The notes beneath the pieces are model-generated. The model was not told the DNA's origin, searched no databases, and was given only the letters and a program-made list of their open reading frames with translations. Of a stretch of 64,000 bases of DNA, positions 52,239 to 61,471 are shown one piece after another. This DNA is from an uncultured Alphaproteobacteria bacterium (GTDB lineage: Bacteria; Pseudomonadota; Alphaproteobacteria; HIMB59; GCA-002718135). Position numbers and translations under genes: made by a program. The DNA lies in NCBI GenBank assembly GCA_902622475.1, contig CACNPW010000001.1, positions 2,217-66,216 of the forward strand, read 5' to 3'. Each line of letters begins with the position of its first letter. The first letter of the stretch is position 1.

Positions 52239-53228
52239 ATGCACGTAGATTCTAGTATTTGGTTCAAACCTAAAATCGATCGAAAGAAATTAAAGGAATT
52301 ATCTATAAGAAGTGATTTTCCAGGATTAATTCATTTTGCGATTTATTTTTCTTCACTTATATTCTTCGGATACCTATCTTATATTTTTTGGGGTAGTTGG
52401 TTTTTTATACTGTTCTACTTTATTTATTCAACAATCTATGCTTTTAACGTTGCGAATTGGCATGAGACAGTTCATCGTACTGCTTTTAAAACTAGGTGGA
52501 TAAATGAAATTTTTTATTATCTTAGTAGTTTTCAAGGTATGGCAGAACCTCTAAGCTTAAGATGGTCACATAGTTTTCATCATTCTAATACTCTACAAAC
52601 AGAAGAAGAGTATGATCACGAAATTGAGGTATCGAGACCTACTGATCTTTTTAGATTTTTTTTGAAATTTATTCCTTTAACTGATTTAATTTATATTCAT
52701 CAATCTCCATTTGTTCATATATTTAAACTTTCATTTGGTAAATTAAGTCCAGGAATAAAAATTTCTGTGCCAGTAAGTGATATTAAAAAAATAATTAGAA
52801 ATGCAAGAATTTATTTACTAATTTGGTTTGCTATTATTTTATCTTGTTTTTATTTTGATACTATTTTACCAATTTTGTTTTACTTTTTGCCATCATACGT
52901 AGGTAAACCTATACAATTTGCTGTCAATGTTACACAGCATCTTGCTGCTAAATTTGATTCAAAGGATCACCGATTAAGCACACATACAGTAATATTAAAT
53001 CCTATATTTAGCTTTTTATACTGGCATATGGAATATCATTTAGAGCATCATATGTTTCCAATGGTTCCTTCATATAATTTAAAAAAATTGAGAAAGGAAA
53101 TTGAAAGTCAGCTACCTAGACCTTTCAATGGATTGTTTGATTTTTACAAGACAATTCTACCATATTTGATTAAACTTGCTTTTAACTCAAATGATTACTA
53201 TCGAGTAAAATTGCCAGAAAATACCTAA
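52239..53228 (+). CDS. Membrane fatty-acid-desaturase-family protein
   Basis: Three His boxes: HETVH, HSFHH and HLEHH. Has TM helices. I preferred ATG 52239 over TTG 52203. Confidence 0.85.
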   Translation: MHVDSSIWFKPKIDRKKLKELSIRSDFPGLIHFAIYFSSLIFFGYLSYIFWGSWFFILFYFIYSTIYAFNVANWHETVHRTAFKTRWINEIFYYLSSFQGMAEPLSLRWSHSFHHSNTLQTEEEYDHEIEVSRPTDLFRFFLKFIPLTDLIYIHQSPFVHIFKLSFGKLSPGIKISVPVSDIKKIIRNARIYLLIWFAIILSCFYFDTILPILFYFLPSYVGKPIQFAVNVTQHLAAKFDSKDHRLSTHTVILNPIFSFLYWHMEYHLEHHMFPMVPSYNLKKLRKEIESQLPRPFNGLFDFYKTILPYLIKLAFNSNDYYRVKLPENT

Positions 53229-53297
53229 AAGTCTCAATTTTCTTTATATTACCAAAATTTAAAACAACATTTATAAACATTATTCAATCTATAATGT

Positions 53298-53326
53298 TTG
53301 ACAGAAAATCTTTCTTATATTTCAAT
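53298..53326 (+). promoter_or_regulatory. Candidate sigma-70 promoter of the ABC operon (TTGACA-N17-TTCAAT)
   Basis: Perfect -35 at 53298-53303, a 17-nt spacer, and a 4/6 match at -10. About 25 nt upstream of a strong GGGAGG SD. Confidence 0.3.
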
Positions 53327-53357
53327 AAATTATACATTAATTTATTGGGAGGTAAAA

Positions 53358-54768
53358 ATGTTAAAAAAAATAATCGTACTTATTAGTACAACTACTATTT
53401 TTTCTTCATTTATATTTTCAAGCTCTCATGCATTTGAATGTGATATTCCAATTTTAGAAAGTTCATCAGATGCTGTTAAAGCTTATTATATACCTGAAAA
53501 AAAAATTTGAAGGAATGAGTATAAATGTACCAAAGGAAAATGTTGAGAACGATATTGAAAAGGGTTGCAGAGAAAAATTTGAAGAATTATCTGGAGCTAA
53601 AGTAAATGTAATAGTTTTTCCAAAACAAAAAGATATGCTTGATGCAATCAATCTAGCTTTAGCAACTAATAGCGGAGAATTTGATGTTATGACATCAGGT
53701 GCAGGTGGAGCAAAGGAGTATGGCTTAGGTGGACATCTAAACCCTTTACAAACACCACCAGATATAGATGATTTTTATACTGGTGATATTAATCAATATA
53801 GTATTGGTGGAAAACTTATGGGTATACCTAGTATAGCTGATACTAATATATTGTATTGGAGAACTGATTTATTTGAACAAGCAGGTTTGGATCCAAACAA
53901 ACCACCTAAAACATATTCAGAATTAACTGAATATGCAAAACTGTTAACAATAGATAAAAATGGTAAAAATAGCACTGAAGAGGGATTTGATAAAAATAAT
54001 ATTGATATCTATGGTTATGGTTTTAGAGGTGAAGCAAGTTTAGCAAGCCCTTGGCAATGGTATAACTATCTCTTTGCATTTGGTGGAGATTTATTTGATA
54101 GCGAATATAATATTATTATTGATCAGCCAGAGTCCGTAGCTTCACTACAATGGGTTGTAGATAATTACAGAGTGCACAATATTATGCCAGCTGACACACC
54201 TGTTTATGACTATGGCGCATTCCACACTTTGTTTATACAGGGCAAAATGGCTATGGCTGTAAATTGGCCATATATGTATGGTATGTCTCAAGACCCTGAA
54301 CAATCAAATGTTGTAGGCAAGGTAGCTGTAGGAAGAAAACCTATGGAAGTGAGACATGCTGGTAATATGGGCGGATGGTCTTGGAGTGTTTTGAAAATGT
54401 CTCAGAAACAAGAACTAGCTGAGGCTTATGCAAAATGGAATGGTAATCCTGACATGGCAGTTTATAATGCTGTTTTAAGGGGAAATGCTCCTGCTAGAAG
54501 ATCTGCTACTGAAAGAATGATAGAAGAAAATCCAGTTATTGCCGGTGCTATTGCTCAAAACTTACCTGATAATATGGGAGTTAAGTGGATAGATACAGGA
54601 CCTTCATGGATGGCACTAGAAAAAGAAACTTGGAAGTTCATCCAATTTGCTTTGACAGGAGAAAAAACACCTGAACAAGCTTTAAAGGATGCAAAAGTTG
54701 AAATGGAGAAAATTCTCAAAAGAGATAGATTCTATGAGGAAATTGCTCCACAACTTCTAGGGAATTAA
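53358..54768 (+). pseudogene. ABC transporter substrate-binding protein (family 1, sugar-type), reading frame broken at an A9 tract
   Basis: The GGGAGG SD, ATG 53358 and signal peptide MLKKIIVLISTTTIFSSFIFSSSHA lie in frame 0 and stop at 53508. The mature SBP domain (to 54768) is in frame +1. The frames meet at A9 (53497-53505), and A8 would give ...YYIPEKKFEGMSINV... Confidence 0.8.
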
Positions 54769-54785
54769 TTCAAATAAAAATTATC

Positions 54786-54808
54786 ACAGGCAGCATATTG
54801 CTGCCTGT
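54786..54808 (+). other. GC-rich intercistronic stem-loop after the SBP gene
   Basis: ACAGGCAGCA-tat-TGCTGCCTGT forms a perfect 10-bp stem. It is followed by an A-run, not a U-run. Confidence 0.6.
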
Positions 54809-54816
54809 AAAAAAAT

Positions 54817-55704
54817 ATGAAATTTATAAACTCTTCTTCTTTTTTTGGTGGGGCAATAATACTACCAGGTGTAATAATTTTATTGTTATTTTATTTATAT
54901 CCATTAGCTTATTCTCTTTTTATAAGTTTACATGATTTTAGGTTAATAAGACCAGATTTAACTCAATTTGTTGGTTTTAGAAATTATTTTGAAATTTTTT
55001 ATGATGATGAGTTCCTTAACGCTTTCATTAATACTCTTATTTATGTTGGAATATCTTTACCTTTTGAATTAGTAATTGGCCTTTTTTTGGCTTTAGCTTT
55101 GGATAAAATTACAAGAGGAAAAAATATAATTAGAGCTTTTTTAATCGTTCCACAATTTTTGGCTCCTCTTGCCATGGGTTTCATATGGAAATTTATGTAC
55201 AATGATGATTTAGGAATAATAAATTTTTTTCTTCGTTTTGTAGGAATGGAAAGGCCACCATTGTGGATAGCTGATCCTGCAATATCCTTGTACAGCTGTA
55301 TAATTGTTGAGATTTGGGCTTGTGTTCCTATTTTTATGCTTTTGCTTTCTGCAGGGTTAACAACTTTATCAACTGAAATTATTGATGCTGCAAAAATTGA
55401 TGGTGCGAATGCTTATCATCGTCTTCGCTATATAATACTTCCTCATTTAAAACCTATTATTCTTGTGACATTATTAATAAGAGGAATGGATTCATTTAGA
55501 ATATTTGATTTAATTTATGGACTCACGCAAGGTGGCCCAGCCATGAGTAGTGATGTTTTATCATTGTACATGTATAGGTCAGGAATGTTGGATCGACAAT
55601 TTGGTTATTCAGCAAGCGCAGGATGGATTATGGTATTTATGATGTTAATTGCATCTTATATTCTTATTAAACTTATGTACAGAGATGGGATCAACAAACA
55701 ATGA
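54817..55704 (+). CDS. ABC transporter permease (MalF/UgpA-like)
   Basis: Six TMs and an EAA-loop region IIDAAKIDGANAYHRLRYIILP. Confidence 0.9.
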   Translation: MKFINSSSFFGGAIILPGVIILLLFYLYPLAYSLFISLHDFRLIRPDLTQFVGFRNYFEIFYDDEFLNAFINTLIYVGISLPFELVIGLFLALALDKITRGKNIIRAFLIVPQFLAPLAMGFIWKFMYNDDLGIINFFLRFVGMERPPLWIADPAISLYSCIIVEIWACVPIFMLLLSAGLTTLSTEIIDAAKIDGANAYHRLRYIILPHLKPIILVTLLIRGMDSFRIFDLIYGLTQGGPAMSSDVLSLYMYRSGMLDRQFGYSASAGWIMVFMMLIASYILIKLMYRDGINKQ

Positions 55705-56522
55705 ATAAGAGTGAAAAAAGATTAACAACAATAAGTTGGTTCTTTATTAGCTTATCTCTGTTTATATGGTTATTTCCAATTATCTGGTTCGCATTGGCTT
55801 CTTTTAAAAATCCAAAAAATTTATATGATATTTTTTCATTTGAATTTAGTTTGTATAACTACAGAGAGGTCTTTAATACATATCCAATTGCAACCTATAT
55901 GAAAAATAGCTTAATTTTAGCAATTTCAGCAACGTTATTTGCTGTTACAATAGGTACTTTAGTTGCTTACGGCTTAAGTCATACTCGTTTTCGATTTAAG
56001 ACACAAACAACTGTTTTTATCTTTTTATTAAGACTTATTCCAGGAATGGCTGTAATGGTTCCTCTATTTATAATTTTTTCATCATTAGGATTAACAAATA
56101 CCTATCATGGATTAATTTTTGCTCATACAACTATGTCAATTCCTTTGGTTGTTATAATAATGCTTGGATATTTATCAGATTTTCCAAAAGAACTTTTAGA
56201 TGCAGCTTATATTGATGGATGTAATAAATTTAATGTAATTTATTTAATAGTTTTCCCACTTATTAAACCTGGGTTAGCAGTTGTAGCAATTTTTACATTT
56301 ATTGGTAGCTGGAATAATTTTGATATTGCATTGATTCTTGGTTACATGCCTGAATATAAGACTCTACCACTTGGTCTTGCTGGTATGGGAAATAGATATG
56401 GAATATTATGGCATCATGTTGCAGCTGCAGGTGCAGTATACATAATTCCAACAGTAATTATGGCCATAACACTTTCCAAATATGTAATTAGTGGATTAAC
56501 TGTTGGAGCAATTAAAGGATAA
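55701..56522 (+). CDS. ABC transporter permease (MalG/UgpE-like)
   Basis: Six TMs and an EAA-loop LLDAAYIDGCNKFNVIYLIVFP. Confidence 0.9.
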   Translation: MNKSEKRLTTISWFFISLSLFIWLFPIIWFALASFKNPKNLYDIFSFEFSLYNYREVFNTYPIATYMKNSLILAISATLFAVTIGTLVAYGLSHTRFRFKTQTTVFIFLLRLIPGMAVMVPLFIIFSSLGLTNTYHGLIFAHTTMSIPLVVIIMLGYLSDFPKELLDAAYIDGCNKFNVIYLIVFPLIKPGLAVVAIFTFIGSWNNFDIALILGYMPEYKTLPLGLAGMGNRYGILWHHVAAAGAVYIIPTVIMAITLSKYVISGLTVGAIKG

Positions 56523-56549
56523 AAAAAAATAACATCTATATTATTTTTT

Positions 56550-57510
56550 ATGAATTCTAATTCGAAAATAAAATACTTTAATTTAAATGAATTTGAGCTT
56601 TCAGATGGAGATAAAAAAAAGGAATTAATAATAAATTTAGATAATGTCTGTAAAGATACTGGTTTTTTATTAATCACAGGCCATAATATAGATAGAAAAA
56701 TAATTGATAATATTTGGTCAGTGGTAGATCTTTTTTTTGAACAACCGATTGAATTTAAGCTAAAAATTAGTCCTCCATATAAGGGGTATCCATACGGCTA
56801 TCTTGCTAAAGGTTTAGAGGCTTTAGCTTATTCTAAGGGAGAAAAAACACCTCCTGATTTAAAGGAAAGTTTTAATGCTGGACCATTATTAATTCCTGAT
56901 TCTATATCTGATAAAGAAGCACTTGAATTTTGCTATGCTCCTTCATTATGGCCAGAAATATTAAATTTTCAAAAATATTGGAGTGAATACTATAATTCGA
57001 TGCAAAAATTATCTACACGCGTAATGAGATCTTTCGCATTGGCATTGAATCTTGATGAAACTTATTTTGACCAATACATAGACAAAAATATTTCAGCTTT
57101 AAGAGCACTTAATTATCCTCCAGTTCAAAAAATTTTACCAAAACAACAGATGGCAGGTGCCCATACTGATTATGGTAGTCTTACAATATTACTACCAAAG
57201 GATAATACCAGTGGACTTCAAATTAAAAATCTTGCAGGAGAATGGATAGATGTACCTAGTGATCCTAATATTTTTGTCTGCAATATTGGAGACTTGATGG
57301 CCCAATGGACAAATAATAGATGGGTTTCTACTTTACATAGAGTGGTACCTAATAAAAAAAAATAATAATAGAAGGTCACTTGCTTTTTTTCATCAACCTA
57401 ATTGGGATGCAGAGATAAAATGTTTAGAAAGTTGTAGAGGAAAGAAAGAAAATTATAAACCAGTTCAATCAGGGCCATATTTAATGTCAAAATTTAAGTC
57501 TACTTTATAA
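56550..57510 (+). pseudogene. 2-oxoglutarate/Fe(II)-dependent oxygenase (isopenicillin-N-synthase family), reading frame broken at an A9 tract
   Basis: The HxD motif (AHTDYG) and distal His (LHRV) lie in frame 0, which stops at 57363. The expected C terminus RRSLAFFHQPNWDAEIKCL...YLMSKFKSTL continues in frame +1 to 57510. The junction is at A9 (57354-57362). Confidence 0.8.
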
Positions 57511-57527
57511 AAAATAAATTATAAAAT

Positions 57528-58850
57528 TTATCTAGCAAGTGCCCCCATAGGATCCCAAGGCGCTAAAGCAACTGGTTCCATATCTAAATATTTTAAAAGT
57601 CTCTTGTTAAGGTATTTTTTATCAATGACAACTTCATAGGTATATTCATCAAACCATTCATCAGTCATCATCATATATCCTTGATTACCACTTTTTGTTC
57701 CCCAGCTATTTTCAATTTTCCATTTTGTTGAATTTCTTTTTTTTATATCAACACCCGTTAAAAGCATGGCATGAGTCATTTCACTATCACCGTACTCTAA
57801 ACGTGTTTGTTTATTCATCTTAAAAGATGTTTGAAACACATTTTCATAATCGTAAATACCCATATCAAGAACACCCATATCACGACTAAAACGCTTCCCA
57901 ACATCACAACCAAACCATACAGCTTCATTATTTTTTATAGAGTCCATTGCAGATTTTTTTAATTCTTTAATATCTACATTTAAATATTTAATAATTTGTC
58001 CCTCAACAACGTTACCAAGATATTCAACTGTGTACATTGTATTAAATTTTTTATTGCTCATTGGAGCGTGAATTAAGCAAACTTTATCTTTAATATTGAT
58101 ATCAGCATATTTTTTGCAGAAATCAATTGGTGTCATATCTGAAATGACAATGTGTCTATTATCTTTATTTCTAGTAGACCAATTGATAACATCTGGCGGT
58201 TGACCAAGGAACATTGCTAGTAGATTATAAATTGTTTTCATCATTTCTTTTTTTAGAGCTGAGGAATTTTTAGCTGGTTTCTTTCTTAATATAGAAGCAA
58301 ATTCTCTTAGTTTGTGTGTAAGAATATAATTCATAGCACCAGATTTACTGCTATGATTTGTTTCAGGCATTACATCTTTTGGAACAGCACCATACTTATT
58401 AATTAAATTTACAAACATATCCCACTGCCCACCATCTTGCACTGGTGCTTTTAAGAGATGTGTTATTAGTCTGCTCTCAAATGATTCATCTCTAGATTTG
58501 ATAATATTCTCTAAAAAATAGTTAGCTTTCTCTAACTTATCCCAAAACATGAAATAATTTTGTGAAAATTCAAATGTATTTAGTTCAAGGCTATCAACAA
58601 CTTGTAGTCGCATAAGATTTAATCCTGCAAATCCCCAACATCTCCCTGATGCCATTTGATTTGTTGCAGGTAGTTCTTTTTTTATTAGATTAGAAAAATT
58701 ATGATTGATTTGACTAAAGTTTTCCCAATTGAGTGCAACATTGGCTAAATCATTTTTAATTAATGCATTTCTTGATGCTGTATTTTTATTATTTCTAAGA
58801 AATTTATTTTTGAAAGTTTTAATTGTTGATAGAGATATATTTTTTGCCAT
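57528..58850 (-). CDS. pepC: Aminopeptidase C / bleomycin-hydrolase-type cysteine peptidase (family C1B)
   Basis: Active-site region NQMASGRCWGFAGLN and a C-terminal HAMLLTG...ENSWG segment. 440 aa. Confidence 0.85.
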   Translation of the reverse strand: MAKNISLSTIKTFKNKFLRNNKNTASRNALIKNDLANVALNWENFSQINHNFSNLIKKELPATNQMASGRCWGFAGLNLMRLQVVDSLELNTFEFSQNYFMFWDKLEKANYFLENIIKSRDESFESRLITHLLKAPVQDGGQWDMFVNLINKYGAVPKDVMPETNHSSKSGAMNYILTHKLREFASILRKKPAKNSSALKKEMMKTIYNLLAMFLGQPPDVINWSTRNKDNRHIVISDMTPIDFCKKYADINIKDKVCLIHAPMSNKKFNTMYTVEYLGNVVEGQIIKYLNVDIKELKKSAMDSIKNNEAVWFGCDVGKRFSRDMGVLDMGIYDYENVFQTSFKMNKQTRLEYGDSEMTHAMLLTGVDIKKRNSTKWKIENSWGTKSGNQGYMMMTDEWFDEYTYEVVIDKKYLNKRLLKYLDMEPVALAPWDPMGALAR

Positions 58851-58880
58851 GTTCTCTATTTAAAACTATTTCAGCTTAAT

Positions 58881-61406
58881 TCAATTCTTAACTGTTTTTT
58901 TCTTTTTTTTGAGACCCATTTTAGCTTTTCTTTCATCAATTAACCTAATGGCATCTTCTAGTTTTAAGCTATCTATAGATTGATCACCAAGAATTGAAGC
59001 ATTTATTTTTCCACATTTTACATATGGTCCAAATTTTCCATCATGAGCAGTAATGTTTTTCTTTTCTGTTGGATGCTCACCAAATGTTTTTAACGTCGCA
59101 TTACCTCTCTGTGTAGGTTTAGCAATTAATTCAATTGCTCTTTCAAGTTCAATATCAAGAATATTATCTGTTTTTTCTAGAGCTTTATATTTTTTATCGT
59201 GAAGAATATATGGTCCATACATTCCAATACCGGCACTAACTGTTTTATTTGTTTCAGGATGAAATCCTAATTTACGTGGCAAACCAAGTAATTGAATAGC
59301 TGTGTTTAATCCTATTTCATCTGGTTCAAAATTCTTAGGAATAGAAACTCTTTTTGGTTTCTTTTCTTTTGTCCCTTCACCAACTTGCATATAAAATCCA
59401 TAAGGACCTTTTCGAAGAGTAATCATTTCACCTGTTTCAGGATAAATACCAATTTCTTTTGGTCCGCTAAGAGCAGTACCATCTTTATCGTTTAATTGAT
59501 TAAACTGAACTGTATATTTGCAATCAGGATAATTAGAGCAGCCAATAAATCCTCCAAACTTTCCAACTTTAATTCCTAGTCTTCCATTATCACAGGTTGG
59601 ACATTTCCTTTTTTCATCTGCTCCTTTTGGTGGAAAGAAATGCGGACCTAGTGCTTCATCTAACACATCAATGACCTCTCTATTTGATTTGCCTACAGTT
59701 TCATCGCAAAGTTGTTTAAATGTTTCCCAAAATTTTCTTAGAACTTCTTTCCAATCAAGCTTACCATCAGAAATTTCATCAAGTTGATTTTCAAGATCAG
59801 CAGTAAAATCATATTCGACATATTGATTGAAATATTTTTCTAAAAATATCGATACTATTCGTCCTCTATCATGAGGATTAAAACGTTTTTTATCTAAAAT
59901 TACATAATCTCTATCTTGTAGAACTTTAATAATAGAAGCATAGGTAGATGGTCTGCCAATACCAAGTTCTTCAAGTTTTTTAACTAAGCTAGCTTCGGTG
60001 TAACGAGGAGGAGGGGAGGTAAAATGTTGTGTCTTTTCAACTTCTTTGAGATTTAAACTCTCTCCTTCACTCATGGAAGGAAGAATTGTTTCTTTTTCTT
60101 CATCTTTGTCATCATCTTTAGCTTCTTGATAAACTTTGTACATCCCAGGAAACTTAATTGTTGATCCATTTGCTCGTAAAACAATTTTTTTATCTTCGTT
60201 TGTAATATCAACTGCTACTTGATCTAATACAGCACTTGCCATTTGTGAACTTACCGCTCTTTGCCATATAATTTCATATAACTTGTATTCTTCTAAAGTA
60301 ATGTATTGCTTAATATCTTTTGGTGTTAAGTAAATATTTGTTGGCCTAATGCATTCATGTGCTTCTTGGGCATTTTTAGCTTTAGATTTATAAACTCTTG
60401 GTGCTTCTGGTAAATAGTTTGCACCATAATTATCAGTAACAAAACCTCGAACTTGGTTAATAGCTTCTTTAGACATGACGACACTGTCTGTTCGCATATA
60501 AGTTATTAATCCAGTTGTTTCTCCTTTAATATCTGCTCCTTCGTATAAACGTTGAGCTGTTCTCATTGTTTGACTCGCACTAAGACCAAGTTTACGACTA
60601 GATTCAATTTGCATTGTAGATGTAGTAAAAGCAGGGTAGGGATTTCTTCTAGCTTCTTTTTTTGTGATATTTCCAACAGTGTAAGTAGAATTTTTAATAT
60701 CATTAAATATTTTTGTCGCTTCACTCTCATTTTTAATATCAAGTTTATCTACTTTATTCCCATCATAAACTGTTAGTCTAGAATTAATAATTTTATCTTC
60801 TTTATTTCTAAACTCGCCTTGTAAAGACCAATATTCCTGTGGAATAAATTTTTCTATTTCAAGTTCTCTTTCACTTATTATTCTTAAAGCAACAGATTGA
60901 ACTCTACCTGCTGATTTTGATCCTGGTAATTTTCTCCATAGTACTGGAGAAAGTGTAAAACCGACAAGAAAATCTAAAGCTCTTCTTGCAAGATAAGCAT
61001 TAACTAGATTTTCATCTATTTCTCTTGGCTGTTTAAGACTATCAAGAACTGCATTTTTTGTAATTTCATTAAATGTTACTCGGTGAATATTTAATTTTGA
61101 AAGTGATGAATTATCTCTAAGTAGTTTTTCTACATGCCAAGCTATGGCCTCACCTTCACGGTCGGGGTCAGTGGCTAGATATAAATTTTCAGATTTTTTT
61201 GCAGCATCTGTTATTTCCTTTATCACTTTTTTTCCACGATCACTTGTTTCCCATTTCATTTGGAAATCATTTTCAGTATCTATCGCATCATTTTTTGCTG
61301 ATAAATCTCGGACATGCCCAATACTTGCTAGAACTTTGAAGTCAGAGCCTAAATATTTATTAATTGACTTTGCCTTCGATGGTGATTCAACAATTAATAC
61401 ATTCAT
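58881..61406 (-). CDS. topA: DNA topoisomerase I
   Basis: TOPRIM domain (LIVESPSKAK, LATDPDREGEAIAWH), active-site region TYMRTDS, and C-terminal Cys4 zinc-ribbon repeats. I preferred the start at MNVLIV. Confidence 0.95.
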   Translation of the reverse strand: MNVLIVESPSKAKSINKYLGSDFKVLASIGHVRDLSAKNDAIDTENDFQMKWETSDRGKKVIKEITDAAKKSENLYLATDPDREGEAIAWHVEKLLRDNSSLSKLNIHRVTFNEITKNAVLDSLKQPREIDENLVNAYLARRALDFLVGFTLSPVLWRKLPGSKSAGRVQSVALRIISERELEIEKFIPQEYWSLQGEFRNKEDKIINSRLTVYDGNKVDKLDIKNESEATKIFNDIKNSTYTVGNITKKEARRNPYPAFTTSTMQIESSRKLGLSASQTMRTAQRLYEGADIKGETTGLITYMRTDSVVMSKEAINQVRGFVTDNYGANYLPEAPRVYKSKAKNAQEAHECIRPTNIYLTPKDIKQYITLEEYKLYEIIWQRAVSSQMASAVLDQVAVDITNEDKKIVLRANGSTIKFPGMYKVYQEAKDDDKDEEKETILPSMSEGESLNLKEVEKTQHFTSPPPRYTEASLVKKLEELGIGRPSTYASIIKVLQDRDYVILDKKRFNPHDRGRIVSIFLEKYFNQYVEYDFTADLENQLDEISDGKLDWKEVLRKFWETFKQLCDETVGKSNREVIDVLDEALGPHFFPPKGADEKRKCPTCDNGRLGIKVGKFGGFIGCSNYPDCKYTVQFNQLNDKDGTALSGPKEIGIYPETGEMITLRKGPYGFYMQVGEGTKEKKPKRVSIPKNFEPDEIGLNTAIQLLGLPRKLGFHPETNKTVSAGIGMYGPYILHDKKYKALEKTDNILDIELERAIELIAKPTQRGNATLKTFGEHPTEKKNITAHDGKFGPYVKCGKINASILGDQSIDSLKLEDAIRLIDERKAKMGLKKKKKTVKN

Positions 61407-61471
61407 AAATTTTGGCCCCAAATTTCAGTTTAAAGATAATTCGTCAAGAAATTTTAAAAAAAAGTATATTT

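Noticed and set aside
53298-53357. The ORF-track TTG start at 53298, which adds 20 aa (MTENLSYISINYTLIYWEVK) before the signal peptide
   Set aside because: ATG 53358 has a strong GGGAGG SD at the right distance and starts a canonical signal peptide. The TTG coincides with the candidate -35 hexamer.
53466-56677. Minus-strand ORFs of 61, 60 and 87 aa opposite the SBP gene and the permease/oxygenase junction
   Set aside because: They are antisense shadows. The real anomaly here is the plus-strand frameshift.
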